The notes under the pieces are model-generated. The model worked only from the letters and a program-made list of their open reading frames with translations. It was not told the DNA's origin and did no database searches. Below, piece after piece: positions 41,012-51,215 of a stretch of DNA of 64,000 bases. Positions within the stretch are counted from its first letter, which is position 1; every line of letters begins with the position of its first letter. The stretch is taken from positions 32,001 to 96,000 of the forward strand of contig CBFGIV010000001.1 of NCBI GenBank assembly GCA_965648915.1, written 5' to 3'. This DNA comes from a candidate division WOR-3 bacterium. GTDB taxonomy: Bacteria > Hydrothermota > Tepidihabitantia > SM23-42 > CAYGYG01. The translations under genes and the position numbers were made by a program.

Positions 41012-44000
41012 ATTCAATATTAATGGTATACCGGTAGAAATTGAAAGAGGCAAGACGATTCTCCAAGCGGCTCAAAAACTCGGTATTCCAATCTTGACAC
41101 TTTGTTATCACCGATCATTGACCCCCTATGGTGCCTGTCGACTCTGTCTGGTTGAAATCCATAAGAAGGGAAGGAAACTTATTCAGGCTTCTTGTCAATA
41201 TCAGGTCGAAGACGACATTGATATAAAAACTGAAACCCCGGAACTGCAAAAAATCAGACAGATTATGATCAGTCTCCATCTGGCTCGTGCACCCAGGGCC
41301 AGGAAGATCATTGAGATTGCTGAAAAACTTGGTGTGACGAAATCCGATCTGATAACTCAGGATGAAAATTGTGTCCTCTGTGGTTTATGTGTTAGAATGT
41401 GCAAAGAAAGGATGGGGCGAAGTGCAATAAATTTTGCAATGCGTGGTGAGCGAAGGAAGATAACGACTCCTTTTGATCTTAAATCCCCGGTTTGCATGGT
41501 ATGCGGTGCTTGTTATTTTATCTGCCCAACTGTATCGGAAAAATTGAAAGAGGTCAGTGCCCGGAGCGCACAACCGATTCCTGATGAATTCGATGAGCGA
41601 CTACGGTCCCGGCCAGTAATTCATATCCCATTTCCCCAGGCGGTTCCAAACCTTGCGCTCATCGATAAGGAACACTGTGTTCATCTCTTGACCCAGGAAT
41701 GTAGGATTTGTGAGGATTTTTGTGAGGCCCAGGCAATAAAATTTGATCAGCAAGAAGATCTCATCAAGATCGATATTGGTTCAATCATCCTGGCCCCAGG
41801 TTTTGATGAATTTGATGCCCGGCGTAAGAGTGAGTATGGTTATGGAAGATTTAATAATGTTGTAACATCGATTGAATTTGAGAGAATTCTTTCGGCATCA
41901 GGCCCTTTTCAAGGTCATCTTTTAAGACCGGGTGATAAGAAGGAACCCAAGCGGATTGCTTTTATTCAGTGTGTTGGCTCAAGAGATCCACAGGTTGGTG
42001 TAAATTATTGTTCCTCAGTCTGCTGTACCTATGCTATTAAAGAGGCAATCATTGCCAAGGAACATTCAAAAAATGGTCTTGAGGTGACAATTTTTTATAT
42101 GGATATCAGAACATTTGGTAAGGGTTTTGAATCTTACTATGAGCGTGCCCGAAGTGAATACGGTATTCATTTTGTTCGAGCGGGTGTGTCTAAGATTGAA
42201 GAGGACCCTCAGACAAAAAATTTGAAAGTATATTACGAAAGTGAAGATGGAGAGATTAAACAAGAAGAATTTGATTTGATTGTTTTATCGGTTGGATTGA
42301 TGCCCAGGGTCGATTCCGCTCAATTGGCAAGGAAACTACGAATCAATCTCAATATTCATGGTTTCTGTCGCACCTCGGAATTTATGCCCGTCGATACGAT
42401 GCAAGACGGTATTTATGTCTGCGGTGCATTTGCTGGACCAAAGGATATCCCGGAGACAGTAACCCAGGCTTCGGCGGCAGCGGCCCGGGCAATGGAAATG
42501 TTGGCTCCGGTTCGGCATACTTTAACTGTAAAAAGAGAACCACCCCCTGAACTTGATGTTAGTAACCAGGAAACGCGTATTGGAGTTTTCGTCTGCCACT
42601 GTGGGATAAATATTGGCGGTTATGTCGATGTCCTGGCAGTTGTTGAGTGTATTAAGGATGAAGCAAATGTGGTTTATGTTGACCACAATCTCTACACCTG
42701 TTCCCAGGATACCCAAAAGAGAATAATCGAGAAGATTAAGGAACATAAATTGAATCGGGTTGTTGTTGCATCTTGCACCCCAAGAACACACGAGCCTTTG
42801 TTCAGGGAGACGATAAGGGAAGCTGGTTTAAATCCGTATCTTTTTGAGATGGCAAATATCCGGGACCAGTGTTCCTGGATCCACATGCAAGAACCGAAAG
42901 AGGCAACAGAGAAGGCGAAAGATCTGTTAAGAATGGCGGTTGCAAAAGCGAGATATCTTAAACCGCTCAAACGTGTTGAGATTGAGGTTACCCCGAAGGC
43001 ACTGGTCATTGGTGGCGGTATTTCCGGAATGGTTGCGAGTCTTGCCCTTGCCAATCAGGGGTTTGAAGTATTCCTGATCGAACGTGATACTGAACTGGGC
43101 GGTTATGCCCGATATATAAATTACACAATTGAAGGTCGTAATATCCAGAATTTCTTAAACCTGACAATTGAGAAAGTTAGAAAACATAAATTGATCAGGT
43201 TATTTACTAATGCGGAGATTGAATCGATAACTGGATTTATTGGCAACTATGAATCCGAAATTCGAAAGAGCGATGGCTCGAAGGAGAGATTTAAGCATGG
43301 CGTCGTCATCGTTGCAACGGGAGCCCAGGAGTACAAACCGACTGAATATTTTTATGGGAAAAATCCAAGGATTATTACCCAGCGCGAGTTAGAGAAGGTC
43401 TTGGACGAAAACCGGTACAAAGAATTAGATGTTATAGGCCTGAGAAGAAATGCTCAACCAGGGTTTGATATTACTCAATTGAATTCGGTTGTTATGATTC
43501 AGTGTATCGGGTCAAGAGATGAGGCACATCCCTATTGCAGTCGCATCTGTTGCAGTCAGGCAGTTAAAAACGGACTGAGACTGCTTGAAGAGAACCCCAA
43601 TTTGAACGTTTATATATTATATAAGGATGTTCGAACCTATGGCCTGAGAGAAGATCTCTACCGGCGTGCACGTGAAGCTGGTATAGTTTTTATAAAATAT
43701 GACAATGATCATACACCTGAATTATCCTGGACCGTCGATGGACGAATTATAATGTCGGTATTTGAACCAATTCTTAAAGAAAATATAGACCTCGTTCCTG
43801 ATCTCTGTATTCTTTCTACCGGAATCGAGCCCAATCAAGATAATGCAATTCTTGCAAAAATGCTTAAAGTCCCCCTTAACACGGAGGGATTCTTCCTTGA
43901 GGCCCATGTTAAACTCAGACCGGTCGACTTTGCAACTGAAGGCATATTCGTTGCCGGTATGGCCCACAGTCCAAAGACGATCGATGAATCAATATGCCAA

Positions 44001-44291
44001 GCGATGGCAGCTACGGCCCGAGCTGTCACAATTCTTGCGAATAGAAAATATTTTGCTGAAGCAACTGTTTCTACGGTAAATGAAGAGCTTTGCGCTGGTT
44101 GTGGTATTTGCAGTGGACTCTGTCCTTATGAAGCGATTGAAATCGTCTCAGTTGAAAACAGACGTAAATCCAGGATAAATGAAGTTCTGTGTAAAGGTTG
44201 TGGAACCTGTGTCGCTGCCTGTCCGGCCGGTGCCCTTGAGCAATATGGATTTACCAGGAAACAGATTGGAGCGATGTTGAAAGCATTATGA
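41004..44291 (+). CDS. hdrA: Fusion of NuoG/HydA N-terminal Fe-S domains, HdrA C-terminal segment and a second HdrA unit
   Basis: Probable ATG 41004. LCYH...GACRLCLV and two ferredoxin motifs, then IPFPQAVP, IQCVGSRD...YCSSVCC, VFVCHCGINI, CTPRTHE, ANIRDQCSW, GGGISGM, YCSRICC and a C-terminal 2[4Fe-4S] domain. Confidence 0.88.
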   Translation: MVKFNINGIPVEIERGKTILQAAQKLGIPILTLCYHRSLTPYGACRLCLVEIHKKGRKLIQASCQYQVEDDIDIKTETPELQKIRQIMISLHLARAPRARKIIEIAEKLGVTKSDLITQDENCVLCGLCVRMCKERMGRSAINFAMRGERRKITTPFDLKSPVCMVCGACYFICPTVSEKLKEVSARSAQPIPDEFDERLRSRPVIHIPFPQAVPNLALIDKEHCVHLLTQECRICEDFCEAQAIKFDQQEDLIKIDIGSIILAPGFDEFDARRKSEYGYGRFNNVVTSIEFERILSASGPFQGHLLRPGDKKEPKRIAFIQCVGSRDPQVGVNYCSSVCCTYAIKEAIIAKEHSKNGLEVTIFYMDIRTFGKGFESYYERARSEYGIHFVRAGVSKIEEDPQTKNLKVYYESEDGEIKQEEFDLIVLSVGLMPRVDSAQLARKLRINLNIHGFCRTSEFMPVDTMQDGIYVCGAFAGPKDIPETVTQASAAAARAMEMLAPVRHTLTVKREPPPELDVSNQETRIGVFVCHCGINIGGYVDVLAVVECIKDEANVVYVDHNLYTCSQDTQKRIIEKIKEHKLNRVVVASCTPRTHEPLFRETIREAGLNPYLFEMANIRDQCSWIHMQEPKEATEKAKDLLRMAVAKARYLKPLKRVEIEVTPKALVIGGGISGMVASLALANQGFEVFLIERDTELGGYARYINYTIEGRNIQNFLNLTIEKVRKHKLIRLFTNAEIESITGFIGNYESEIRKSDGSKERFKHGVVIVATGAQEYKPTEYFYGKNPRIITQRELEKVLDENRYKELDVIGLRRNAQPGFDITQLNSVVMIQCIGSRDEAHPYCSRICCSQAVKNGLRLLEENPNLNVYILYKDVRTYGLREDLYRRAREAGIVFIKYDNDHTPELSWTVDGRIIMSVFEPILKENIDLVPDLCILSTGIEPNQDNAILAKMLKVPLNTEGFFLEAHVKLRPVDFATEGIFVAGMAHSPKTIDESICQAMAATARAVTILANRKYFAEATVSTVNEELCAGCGICSGLCPYEAIEIVSVENRRKSRINEVLCKGCGTCVAACPAGALEQYGFTRKQIGAMLKAL

Positions 44292-44710
44292 TGATAAACA
44301 ATTTCAAACCCAAGATACTTGTTTTTTGCTGCAACTGGTGTTCTTATGCCGGGGCTGATCTGGCCGGTGTTTCGAGATTACAGCTAAATCCTAACTTCAG
44401 AATTATTAGAACAATGTGTTCAGGTCGGATTGAACCAGAATTTATTATTGAAGCCTTCAAAAATGGTGTTGATGGTATTCTGGTAACCGGGTGTCATCCT
44501 GGCGATTGTCATTATATTTCAGGGAACTACAAGACATTAAGAAGATACTATTTGCTCAAAGAGATGCTCAATCAGTTTGGTATCGAAGAGGAGCGTTTTC
44601 GGCTTGAGTGGATCTCGGCTGGTGAGGGGATAAAATTTCAAAAAATTGTAAATGAATTTATTGGGCTAATTGAAAAACTGGGGAAGCTGAATCTTGACTC
44701 GCTGCGTTAG
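44288..44710 (+). CDS. mvhD: MvhD/FlpD-like [2Fe-2S] subunit
   Basis: CCNWCSYAGADLAG, MCSGR, GCHPGDCHY, LEWISAGEG. Confidence 0.93.
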   Translation: MMINNFKPKILVFCCNWCSYAGADLAGVSRLQLNPNFRIIRTMCSGRIEPEFIIEAFKNGVDGILVTGCHPGDCHYISGNYKTLRRYYLLKEMLNQFGIEEERFRLEWISAGEGIKFQKIVNEFIGLIEKLGKLNLDSLR

Positions 44711-44787
44711 GAAGCAGGTACAGCAAGAAAAATAAATAATTAACAACATAAGATTGACTTAATAATAAACTTTGATAGAATTACATT

Positions 44788-46698
44788 ATGCAGCTCTCAC
44801 TCAGGGCAAAGTTAATTGTGAGTTTTGTTCTGGTTGTTCTGGTTAGCGGTATTGTCAGTATCGTTGTCGGTACTCGACTAATTGGTGATAGAATAATTAA
44901 ACAGGCACAAGATAAAGTTCGGACAGATCTGAATTCGGCGCGGGAAATTTATAGAGAAGCAATGAAGGATGTTCTTAATACAGTACGTTTTCAGGCGTCG
45001 AGAACACTCCTGAGGCAAGCAGTTATAAGAAGAGATCGTAAATACCTGATGAATATCTTAAATCAGGTTTTAACCAGTGAACCCGTCGATATCCTTGATG
45101 TTATTGCACCTGATGGTTCCGTAATTCTGCGCATTCAGAGTCCTGATTGTTTTGGCGACAATATCAAAAATAACAAACTTATCGATTGGGTTATAAGAAA
45201 CAAAAGACCGATTTCTTCCACTTTAATTATTCCGGAAAGTGAGTTGAGACGGGATGGTAGTAAACTTGCGGAGCAGGCTAAAATCACAATCCTGCCCACA
45301 CCCAAAGCTAAAGTCCAGCGAACGGGTGATGAAAGATCAGGTATGATGATTGCTGGTGTGGCACCGATTTTTGATGAAGGGCAGCAGTTTATCGGCATAA
45401 TTTATGGTGGTAAATTATTGAATCGTAATTATGACATTGTCGATAAGATTAAAAACACCGTTTTTCAGGATGAGAAATATAAGGGCAAAGATGTCGGGAC
45501 CGCGACGATATTTCAAGGTGATCTCAGAATTTCAACGAATGTTACAAATCTTGATGGTTCGAGGGCAATTGGAACCCTTGTTTCCAAAGAGGTTTATGAA
45601 GCGGTCCTTGAGAGAGGTATCCCCTGGATTGCCCGGGCCTTTGTTGTCCATGATTGGTACATAACATCCTATGAGCCAATACGAGATATCGACGACAGCA
45701 TTATTGGTATTCTCTATGTCGGTATTCTTGAACAAAAATTTACCGATCTGCGAAACAGTGTGGTCTTAACTTTTCTATTGATTACGATGCTTGGTATCGC
45801 TTTTGCGGTGGGGCTCTCATTTTTGCTGGCAAGTGGGATTGTTCGCCCGTTGCAGCGTTTAACTACGGTAGCCCAGAAAATTGCCGGCGGAGATTTCAGT
45901 CAAAAAGTGACCATCAGTTCGAAAGACGAAATTGGTAATCTTTGTTCAGTTTTCAATTTTATGGTCTCATCGATCCAAGAGCGGGACCTGAAACTCAAAG
46001 AATTTGCTCAAGCCAAAATCGCTGAGGCAGAGCGTTTAGCTTTAATCGGTCAACTTGCTGCAGGTGTTGCTCATGAACTAAATAACCCTCTATCCGGGAT
46101 AGTACTTTATAGCCATATGCTTATCGAAAAGATGAATGCGGATGACCCAAGGAGAGAGAGTCTGGAAAAGATTGTAAAAGAAAGCCAGCGTTGCCGAAAT
46201 ATTGTTAAAGGACTTCTCTATTTTGCTCGCCAGACTGAACCGCAGATAAAACCATCAAGCATCAATAAGATTATCGAAGATGTCCTTTCTTTACTTGGAG
46301 GGCAAACGATCTTTTTGAATATTAAAGTCAATAAATTTTTCAATCCTGACCTCCCCCCGGTAAATGTTGATGAATCCCAGATTCAGCAAGTTTTTATCAA
46401 TATAATTATGAATGCAGTTGAGGCGATGAATTATCGAGGCGAATTGACAATTACGACCAATTTTACCGAGGATAAGAAAAATATCTTTATCTCATTTGCG
46501 GATACCGGGTGTGGTATTGCTAAAGAGAATCTATCCAAAATTTTCGATCCCTTTTTTACGACTAAAGAAGTTGGCCATGGTACTGGATTGGGATTATCAA
46601 TAAGTTACGGGATAATTGAGAAACATCAGGGTAAGATAAAAGTAGAGAGTGAACTGGGTAAGGGCTCGACATTTACAGTCGAGTTGCCCGTGACATAA
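44788..46698 (+). CDS. Cache/HAMP sensor histidine kinase (NtrB-like)
   Basis: Two TM helices flanking a Cache-like domain (ATIFQGDLRISTNV); HAMP; AHELNNPL, FDPFFTTK, GTGLGL. Confidence 0.92.
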   Translation: MQLSLRAKLIVSFVLVVLVSGIVSIVVGTRLIGDRIIKQAQDKVRTDLNSAREIYREAMKDVLNTVRFQASRTLLRQAVIRRDRKYLMNILNQVLTSEPVDILDVIAPDGSVILRIQSPDCFGDNIKNNKLIDWVIRNKRPISSTLIIPESELRRDGSKLAEQAKITILPTPKAKVQRTGDERSGMMIAGVAPIFDEGQQFIGIIYGGKLLNRNYDIVDKIKNTVFQDEKYKGKDVGTATIFQGDLRISTNVTNLDGSRAIGTLVSKEVYEAVLERGIPWIARAFVVHDWYITSYEPIRDIDDSIIGILYVGILEQKFTDLRNSVVLTFLLITMLGIAFAVGLSFLLASGIVRPLQRLTTVAQKIAGGDFSQKVTISSKDEIGNLCSVFNFMVSSIQERDLKLKEFAQAKIAEAERLALIGQLAAGVAHELNNPLSGIVLYSHMLIEKMNADDPRRESLEKIVKESQRCRNIVKGLLYFARQTEPQIKPSSINKIIEDVLSLLGGQTIFLNIKVNKFFNPDLPPVNVDESQIQQVFINIIMNAVEAMNYRGELTITTNFTEDKKNIFISFADTGCGIAKENLSKIFDPFFTTKEVGHGTGLGLSISYGIIEKHQGKIKVESELGKGSTFTVELPVT

Positions 46699-46755
46699 TG
46701 CAGTAAAAATTATATCTTGATTTTTTTTAAATCTTAGATATATTCTTGCTCTTTT

Positions 46756-47220
46756 ATGAAAAAAATAGACCGGATAATTAAAAAATATCCTGATCCTAAA
46801 AGAAGCATTATCCAGATTCTGCAGGATATTCAGTCTGAATATAACTATCTATCTTTTGAGAATTTAAATCTTGTTGCTAAGAGACTTAAGATCCCGCTGA
46901 GTCGGATCTATAGTATTGCTACATTTTACGCTGCATTCAGTCTTCAGCCCCGGGGTAAACATCTGTGCACGGTTTGTCTTGGTACAGCCTGTCATGTCCG
47001 GGGTGCACCCGATGTCTTAAATCGTATTGAGGAGCGGCTTGGCATTAAGGCCGGGACCACAACAAAAGATAATCTTTTTACCCTCGAGACGGTTAATTGC
47101 CTTGGGGCCTGTGCCCTTGCGCCGATTGTTGTAATCGATGGCGAATATCATGGTCAAACAACTGTAGATAAAGTTGATAAATTGATCGATAAATATGCCA
47201 GTACTCCATCAGAAACATAA
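46756..47220 (+). CDS. NuoE/HydC-like [2Fe-2S] subunit
   Basis: [23 protein letters not shown]. Confidence 0.9.
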   Translation: MKKIDRIIKKYPDPKRSIIQILQDIQSEYNYLSFENLNLVAKRLKIPLSRIYSIATFYAAFSLQPRGKHLCTVCLGTACHVRGAPDVLNRIEERLGIKAGTTTKDNLFTLETVNCLGACALAPIVVIDGEYHGQTTVDKVDKLIDKYASTPSET

Positions 47221-49030
47221 GGGTTTCCGTTTAGATCTACTTGTCTGCGCTGGAACCGGTTGTGTTTCCAATCGTTCCTTTGCGGTTAAAGAAGCGCTGG
47301 AGAAAGAGATCGTACGTCGGGGCTTACAGGATGAAGTCCGGGTTATTGCAACTGGATGCCAGGGATTTTGTGAACGAGGACCGGTCGTTATTGCCCAGCC
47401 CGATGCGATATTCTATCAAAAAGTTACCGAAAGAGATGTACCATATCTGGTTGAGGAACATCTCATAAAAGGACGACCGGCAAAGAAATTGATGTATGTG
47501 CCGGAAAAAGAGGTATTACCTGTTCCTAAGATGTCCGACATTGGATTTTTCAAACATCAGCGGCTCATTGTTCTACGAAACAGGGGCAGGCTTGACCCGG
47601 AAAATATTGAAGAGTATATTGCGTTTGATGGTTATGAGGCACTGCAGAAGGTTCTGACATCGATGAAACCAGAGCAGGTTATCGCCGAAATAAAAAGATC
47701 GGGATTGAGGGGAAGGGGTGGGGCAGGATTCCCAACCGGCACAAAATGGGAATTGTGTCGCGCTACCCGAGGCAAGCCCAAATACATAATTTGTAATGGA
47801 GACGAGGGCGACCCCGGTGCATTTATGGATAGGAGTGTTCTTGAGGCAGACCCCCATTCGGTGATCGAAGGTATGCTCATAGGTGCTTATGCGATTGGGG
47901 CTGAAAAGGGGTTTATATATGTGCGAAAGGAATATCCGCTTGCGGTAAAGAGAATGCACATTGCAATTAATCAGGCAATAAAGTATGGCCTACTGGGAGA
48001 TGATATTCTGGGCACAGGGTTTAATTTCTCCATCGATATTGTTCAGGGTGCCGGGGCATTTGTCTGTGGTGAGGAGACTGCATTGATCGCTTCGATTGAG
48101 GGCAGGGTGGGCCGGCCGCGAACCCGGCCACCGTATCCGGTAGAAAGAGGGTTATGGGGTAAACCGACCAATATCAACAATGTCGAAACCTGGGCCAATG
48201 TCCCGCCGATTATATTGCGCGGTGCGGAATGGTTTGCTTCGATCGGGACGGAAAAGAGTAAAGGGACAAAGATCTTCTCGCTGGTAGGTAAGATAAACAA
48301 TACCGGGCTGGTTGAGGTGCCAATGGGGATCACTCTGCGCGAAATTATTTATGGAATTGGTGGTGGAATCCCTAACAACAAGGAATTCAAGGCAGTCCAG
48401 ACCGGTGGCCCTTCGGGTGGATGTATCCCCAGAGAACACCTTGATCTGCCTATCGATTATGAAAGTCTAACTGCGGTCGGTTCGATGATGGGATCGGGTG
48501 GTATGATTGTAATGGACGAGGATACCTGTATGGTCGATGTTGCTCGTTACTTCTTAAATTTTACCCGGCAGGAATCCTGTGGTAAATGTCCTCCCTGTCG
48601 AATGGGTATAAAACAGATGGTTGAGATCCTTAACCGGATAACCCAGGGCAACGGTGAAGAAGCTGATATCGATTTTCTGGAAAGGGCCAGTGAGAGTATA
48701 AAATCTGCGTCCCTATGTGGTCTTGGTCAAACCGCACCCAATCCAGTGCTGACAACGATTCGATATTTTCGTAATGAGTATCTTGCTCATGTTAAGGAAC
48801 GAAGATGTCCGGCTCTGGTCTGCAAAGCACTCGTCTCTTATTACATCGACCCAAAATTGTGCGGTGGGTGTGTGGTCTGTGCCCAAAAATGTCCGGCTCA
48901 GGCAATAAAAGGCGAACCCAAAAAGGTATATACTATCGATCAATCGAAATGCATAAAATGCGGTATCTGTTTAACTGTCTGCCCGCCAAAATTCAGAGCG
49001 GTTAAGAAGGTCTCCCCGGTGATAAAATGA
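47195..49030 (+). CDS. NuoF/HydB-like NADH/FMN subunit with N-terminal thioredoxin-like [2Fe-2S] and C-terminal 2[4Fe-4S] domains
   Basis: CAGTGC...[61 protein letters not shown]. Confidence 0.92.
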   Translation: MPVLHQKHKGFRLDLLVCAGTGCVSNRSFAVKEALEKEIVRRGLQDEVRVIATGCQGFCERGPVVIAQPDAIFYQKVTERDVPYLVEEHLIKGRPAKKLMYVPEKEVLPVPKMSDIGFFKHQRLIVLRNRGRLDPENIEEYIAFDGYEALQKVLTSMKPEQVIAEIKRSGLRGRGGAGFPTGTKWELCRATRGKPKYIICNGDEGDPGAFMDRSVLEADPHSVIEGMLIGAYAIGAEKGFIYVRKEYPLAVKRMHIAINQAIKYGLLGDDILGTGFNFSIDIVQGAGAFVCGEETALIASIEGRVGRPRTRPPYPVERGLWGKPTNINNVETWANVPPIILRGAEWFASIGTEKSKGTKIFSLVGKINNTGLVEVPMGITLREIIYGIGGGIPNNKEFKAVQTGGPSGGCIPREHLDLPIDYESLTAVGSMMGSGGMIVMDEDTCMVDVARYFLNFTRQESCGKCPPCRMGIKQMVEILNRITQGNGEEADIDFLERASESIKSASLCGLGQTAPNPVLTTIRYFRNEYLAHVKERRCPALVCKALVSYYIDPKLCGGCVVCAQKCPAQAIKGEPKKVYTIDQSKCIKCGICLTVCPPKFRAVKKVSPVIK

Positions 49031-49058
49031 TGAATATTTAAAAGATCAGGAAAGATTT

Positions 49059-51212
49059 ATGACAAAGTTGACAATCGATGGCAAAAAAGTTACCGCCCGG
49101 AAGAACGAGACAGTTCTTGAAGTCTGTCGACGGGAAGGTATTTATGTTCCCACCCTCTGTTATCACGAAAGACTATCGCCTTACGGTGGTTGCCGGCTCT
49201 GTATTGTTGAGGTTGAAGGGAATCCCAGACCGATGACGGCCTGCACGCTACCGGTTCAGGAAGGTATGGTGGTCAGGACCAACACACAGTTATTACAGGA
49301 ACTCAGGAAATTCACCATCCAGTTGATCCTATCTGAACACCCACATTCCTGTTTGATCTGCACTAAAAAAGAAGAGTGCGCTAATTATATGGAATGCATC
49401 GAAAAAGAACCGATTACCTTCGGCTGTAAATTCTGTTCTAAGAATGGAGATTGTGAATTACAGAAACTTGTTGAAGAATTTGGTATCAGGGATATCCCTT
49501 TTCAATTTTCTTACCGCGGGCTTGAACCCGAAAGATATGATCCTTTCTTTGAACGTGATTATAATCTCTGCATACTCTGTGGTCGTTGTGTCCGGATCTG
49601 TCAGGAAGTTAGAGGTGCCGGGGTTCTCGATTTTCATCACCGTGGTCCTCAAACGCTGGTTGGTACTGCTTTTGATTTAAAACATCTTGATGTTGACTGC
49701 CAATTTTGTGGGGCCTGTATCGATGTCTGCCCGACCGGTGCTCTGGCCGAGCGTTACCGTAAATATCTTGGCCAGGAGGATAAAAAGATTTCCAGTTTGT
49801 GTCCATTGTGTTCACTTGCCTGTAAAATAAGTTTAAGTGTTAAAAATGGAGAGGTGATCAATTCAGCGCCGGACGATAGTGATCTCTGTGTGCGCGGTCG
49901 ATTCGGGATCGCACCGATGATCAATCATCCGAAGCGCATTACAGAACCTCTTTTAAAGAAGAATGGCCGGACGGTTAAAGTTACCTGGGATGAGGCATTA
50001 AATTATGCAGCAGAGAGATTGAGAGAAAATTTAGGATTTTACGGTGTAATTTTTTCAAGAAGCCTGCCCCTTGAGGCGCTTGCGTCACTCAAAGGGCTAA
50101 AAGGCGGTTATTTTGGAGTCGATGGATCTTGGTTATCCACCAAATCTTTGAATCTTAATTGCCTCTCAATTAAATCAGCCCTTATTATTTTATGTACCGA
50201 TATCATTGATGATTTTTCAGTCTTGCTCCTTAAAATAAAAAAGAAGTATAACCTGCCGCTGATCGTTATCGATCCGATCCAGACCAAAACAGTTAAGATG
50301 GCCGATGTCTGGCTCAGACCCGAGCCCGGGAAGGAAACAGAATTTTTAAGACTCATTTTAAGTAGATCTAAACTAAAGCCCGGAGCACATTTTGATGTTA
50401 TGAGACTGGCTGAAGCCCGGGGTCTTCTGTATGGCCGGAAGCCGGTCTTGATCTATAACCAGACAAATATTAAAGATATAAAACTGCCGGAGGGTATTCA
50501 CCATCTAACGCTCAGTCCCTTGCCCAGTATTGAAAAGGTGCTGGAGTTTAATCCTATCGATATGAGCAGGTTGGTTTCCAATCCAGATCTCAAGGCTCTT
50601 TATCTGATTGGTGAGACCCCTTGTCTATCACGCGCCTATGAAACAGTAATTATCCAGGATCTGTTCCTGCCACCTTTTGATTTTGATATCTTCCTGCCGG
50701 CGGCCGGGCCAGGTGAATTTGATGGTAGTTTTATTAATATCGAAGGTAAGAAAGTCACTTTCAAAAAAGGTGTAGAACCTCAAGGTGAGGCAATGTCCGA
50801 TAAGTGGATTATTGACGAAATTGTTAGAAGAATGGAGCCGATTGGATTGATCAGCGCTCCGGATCTAAATTTTGAAATCTCGTATCGGGATCGAGCAGAG
50901 ATTTACGATAAGTATCCATTCCACCTTTTAGTCCGGGATAACTGTTATCGGTTCCGTGGCTTCTCCCTGTCATCAGTATTAAAGGGTTTTGAACGGATAC
51001 ACCAGGATCACTCTCTCTGGATTAACCCCGGGGATGCGAGGAGATTAAAATTAAAAACCGGTCAGATGGTCGAGATCAGTGGTGAAGACTTAATGGCCAG
51101 AATAAATATCTTTATCACCGAAGCAGTACCCAGGGGTTCGGTTTTTGCCTATCGAAATCCGGCACTGGGAATCATCAAAAATCAGCCCGTCAGATTGAAA
51201 AAGATAGGATAG
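49059..51212 (+). CDS. NuoG/FdhA-like Fe-S subunit with degenerate molybdopterin-oxidoreductase domain
   Basis: N-terminal [2Fe-2S], His-ligated cluster and 2[4Fe-4S], then CPLCSLAC...LCVRGRFG. The rest is short and divergent, with no recognisable H-cluster or FDH active-site motif. Confidence 0.8.
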   Translation: MTKLTIDGKKVTARKNETVLEVCRREGIYVPTLCYHERLSPYGGCRLCIVEVEGNPRPMTACTLPVQEGMVVRTNTQLLQELRKFTIQLILSEHPHSCLICTKKEECANYMECIEKEPITFGCKFCSKNGDCELQKLVEEFGIRDIPFQFSYRGLEPERYDPFFERDYNLCILCGRCVRICQEVRGAGVLDFHHRGPQTLVGTAFDLKHLDVDCQFCGACIDVCPTGALAERYRKYLGQEDKKISSLCPLCSLACKISLSVKNGEVINSAPDDSDLCVRGRFGIAPMINHPKRITEPLLKKNGRTVKVTWDEALNYAAERLRENLGFYGVIFSRSLPLEALASLKGLKGGYFGVDGSWLSTKSLNLNCLSIKSALIILCTDIIDDFSVLLLKIKKKYNLPLIVIDPIQTKTVKMADVWLRPEPGKETEFLRLILSRSKLKPGAHFDVMRLAEARGLLYGRKPVLIYNQTNIKDIKLPEGIHHLTLSPLPSIEKVLEFNPIDMSRLVSNPDLKALYLIGETPCLSRAYETVIIQDLFLPPFDFDIFLPAAGPGEFDGSFINIEGKKVTFKKGVEPQGEAMSDKWIIDEIVRRMEPIGLISAPDLNFEISYRDRAEIYDKYPFHLLVRDNCYRFRGFSLSSVLKGFERIHQDHSLWINPGDARRLKLKTGQMVEISGEDLMARINIFITEAVPRGSVFAYRNPALGIIKNQPVRLKKIG

Positions 51213-51215
51213 ATA

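Noticed and set aside
35453..44710. Selenocysteine read-through in hdrA/mvhD
   Set aside because: The relevant motifs (YCSSVCC, YCSRICC, GCHPGDCHY) use Cys codons, and no in-frame TGA needs recoding.
37808..51212. Calling the NuoE/F/G-like genes respiratory complex I, [FeFe]-hydrogenase or formate dehydrogenase
   Set aside because: No membrane Nuo subunits, H-cluster motifs or recognisable FDH active-site motif.
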